A DNA stretch of 64,000 nt, taken from Hyphomicrobiaceae bacterium (GTDB lineage: Bacteria > Pseudomonadota > Alphaproteobacteria > Rhizobiales > Hyphomicrobiaceae). A program made the translations under genes and the position numbers. Shown piece after piece: positions 61,866 through 64,000 of this stretch (the stretch's first letter is position 1; each line of letters opens with the position of its first letter). Under the pieces are notes generated by a model that saw only the letters and a list, made by a program, of their open reading frames with translations, had not been told where the DNA came from and did no database searches. The DNA lies in NCBI GenBank assembly GCA_025351355.1, contig JANXWC010000036.1, forward strand, positions 24,296 to 88,295. Reading direction: 5' to 3'.

Positions 61866-62181
61866 CGCGTGGCCAACGCGACACAGGCGGGCAGGTCAAT
61901 TCTCGATCCGTCCACCTCTCCGCTGTTATCCTGGGGGATGTCGCGATGACCCAAACCGCCCCAAATTCAAGCCTGAGACGGTGGCACGCTGGATCCTACG
62001 CACACGGGGTAGGATGACAATTGGATGTGTGTTGTCAGATGACCGTGAATTGGCGTGCCGTGGCTGAGACAGCGGCGCCGATAAAGGCGGTTGCGCGGCG
62101 GGTGCGGGTGGGCTATGGGGTGCCGGCGTGTCGTGCGCTGATACCTTCTTGCGGCTGTCGCCGACGCCACGACAACCCAAC

Positions 62182-62256
<75 letters not shown>

Positions 62257-62294
62257 TCGAAACACTCACTATTTTTAACTTTGGCAACTGTTGA

Positions 62295-63335
62295 TCAAGA
62301 GGAAGAGCGCTTAACTGTGCCAGTTAGTGTGCCTCCTAAATTCAATTGAGCCAAAGGCGTAGACACACCGGCCACCGCAGCGGCGACCGTAGTCGCCTCC
62401 AAATGTGCGTAGCGCATGACGGCGCTCACCGACTTCCATCCACCCGCTTCCATAAGAGCCTTCAACGAATTGCCGTCTGCCAGAAAGCGGGCTGAGAAGG
62501 CGTGCCGGCCGGTTTTGTGGGGGCTGAAATATTCGACTTTCGCTCGCTTGCAAGAGCGCTTGAGAATGCGCGTTATCGAAAATCGCGAGGCGTAGCCGAA
62601 AAGCCGTGAATCTGGCCGCCCTTTTGGCAGCATCAGCAAAATCTGATGGACGAATGGTGGGAGAGACACCTTGCGGGCATCAGTCTTGGTTTTGTGGGCC
62701 ACTATCGTACCGTTTTCACGATCGAAGTGCCGATGCATGATCTTCACCACTTCGGAGGCCCGCAAGCCGGAAAAGCTCATGAACAGGATAACAGCGCGCT
62801 GTTCGAGCCGCGTGCAGGCGGCAATTACTTTCTCCATCCAATCGTCCGTCGGATAATCGATTGGACTCTTTTTTACCGTTGGTTTGGTCCACCGTCTTTC
62901 GCGCACCATCTTGGCGCGCGCCGCCGCATTCCAGACCGACTGGAAAGGGCCGTACCACTGCCGCACCAAAGTTGATGGTTTAGCGTTTGGGTAAGCCTTT
63001 GCTGCGCCGTTAGAAAGATCGGTGTCCTCAATGTTCCGAAGTGGTGTCTCGCCGAACTCAGTAACAAGTGCCGTCAGGAAGCGAGGCTCGCCACTCTTCG
63101 CGAGGTACTCAACAACAGCCTCGCTGAATGTAGAAAGGCCAGCGGCGGTGCCCAGCACTGCGGTCTGGCGCTGCCGGTCAACGATCGCGGTCAGGACCGC
63201 TTCCGCATCGATTTTGCGATGGCAGCGAGTGCTGTGGCGGAAGTATTCCCCGGTGAACTGGCACGCCCCTTTAACATACCAGACCGTCTGTTGCCCTGAA
63301 GCGGTTTTGACGTGCCGGGGTACGAGTTTGAGCAT
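62295..63335 (-). mobile_element. tyrosine recombinase / phage-type integrase gene
   Basis: Catalytic pattern GLRASE (Arg), HKTGRHAF (His-x-x-Arg), MRYAH (Tyr). The stop lies 38 nt from the 3' end of tRNA-Thr. Confidence 0.85.
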
Positions 63336-63637
63336 GCGAATAACTCCAGGAACTCTGGGAAACGGTGTGATTCTAGAAACAGTTGGCGGCGATGCTCAAG
63401 CGCCAGCCCGCTCTTGCGAAGTAAGTTGCGGATCCGATCCAGGCTTATCTGGATCGGCAACCGCGCTTTGATGTCAGCGGGTGTCAGGAACTCGCTCGCG
63501 ACGCTTGGTAATGGCAGCAACGTTGAATGCGGGGTGCGAGAGACGAGTTTGCGCGGAGGGGCGCCTTGCCCCGCACCTTCGCGCAAGTGACTGTCTTCGC
63601 CCGAAGTGACGCGAATAGGTTTCGTATGATCGCTCAT
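63191..63637 (-). CDS. excisionase/AlpA-like helix-turn-helix protein (boundaries uncertain)
   Basis: EFLTPADIKARLPIQISLDRIRNLLRKSGL...FPEFLE resembles Xis/MerR-type HTH proteins. The open frame runs 145 nt into the integrase gene. Confidence 0.4.
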   Translation of the reverse strand: MSDHTKPIRVTSGEDSHLREGAGQGAPPRKLVSRTPHSTLLPLPSVASEFLTPADIKARLPIQISLDRIRNLLRKSGLALEHRRQLFLESHRFPEFLELFACSNSYPGTSKPLQGNRRSGMLKGRASSPGNTSATALAAIAKSMRKRS

Positions 63638-63641
63638 ATAG

Positions 63642-64000
63642 TTAGAACGCAATCGTCGTATCGACATCTTTCTGCGGACACCATACGGCGCGCAACTCGT
63701 CGATTGATGGGCGAAGGGGAACGCGGGGCACGATGCAGCTCTCGGTTGGCTCGGGGAGGTCCGCCAGCGGCCACCAGAGTTCGCTTTGCCCCTCGGAGAG
63801 GTTCCGATCGATCGCGAGTACCACGCGACACCAAGGCTCGTTCGCTGCGCCGAGATCAACCTCGTACATCTCAAGTTGTGCGTCGAGTGCCACCGTGGAC
63901 GTCGCTACGTCTGTCTTCAACTGCACTGCCTTCGCCTCAACATATAACCCGCCGCGGCGGGAGGTGCCTGCCGGCTTGCAAACAAGGTCGACGATGGCGG
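63642..64000 (-). CDS. hypothetical protein, C-terminal part (5' end outside window)
   Basis: The frame is open to the window edge. It reads ...IVDLVCKPAGTSRRGGLYVEAKAVQLKTD..., a D-x14-E-x-K arrangement that could be a PD-(D/E)xK nuclease core. Confidence 0.4.
   Translation of the reverse strand, partial: AIVDLVCKPAGTSRRGGLYVEAKAVQLKTDVATSTVALDAQLEMYEVDLGAANEPWCRVVLAIDRNLSEGQSELWWPLADLPEPTESCIVPRVPLRPSIDELRAVWCPQKDVDTTIAF

Overview
64-kb chromosomal segment, roughly 55-60% GC by eye. Gene content points to an alphaproteobacterium of the Hyphomicrobiales/Rhizobiales type; that is inference from gene families, not a search result. All function calls come from motifs read in the supplied translations, with no database search. 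Most of the window is housekeeping or transport: glnE, pepN, a livHMGF branched-chain amino-acid ABC operon with two binding proteins, ald, a CoxMSL-type molybdenum hydroxylase, an mdtABC-like RND pump, pip, dapB, gltB/gltD, an aceF-lpd pair, a NitT/TauT-type ABC system and a tartrate-dehydrogenase-like gene. I found no CRISPR array, reverse transcriptase, rRNA or recognisable defence cassette. Four things deserve a second look. (1) An orphan, tightly packed operon of a SAM methyltransferase, a flavin monooxygenase and an ATP-grasp ligase (40013-43444) has an AT-rich 5' end. (2) A roughly 60-bp sequence block lies at the same distance (about 148 nt) upstream of both that operon and the RND pump operon. 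(3) A tRNA-Thr(GGU) is followed by a tyrosine integrase, an excisionase-like ORF and a truncated ORF, which looks like the left edge of an integrated element running off the window. (4) There are unusual arrangements in core metabolism: gltB and gltD are split by two inserted genes, and E2/E3 genes lack an adjacent E1. No single locus can be shown from sequence alone to be a new system; the candidates are ranked in the findings.
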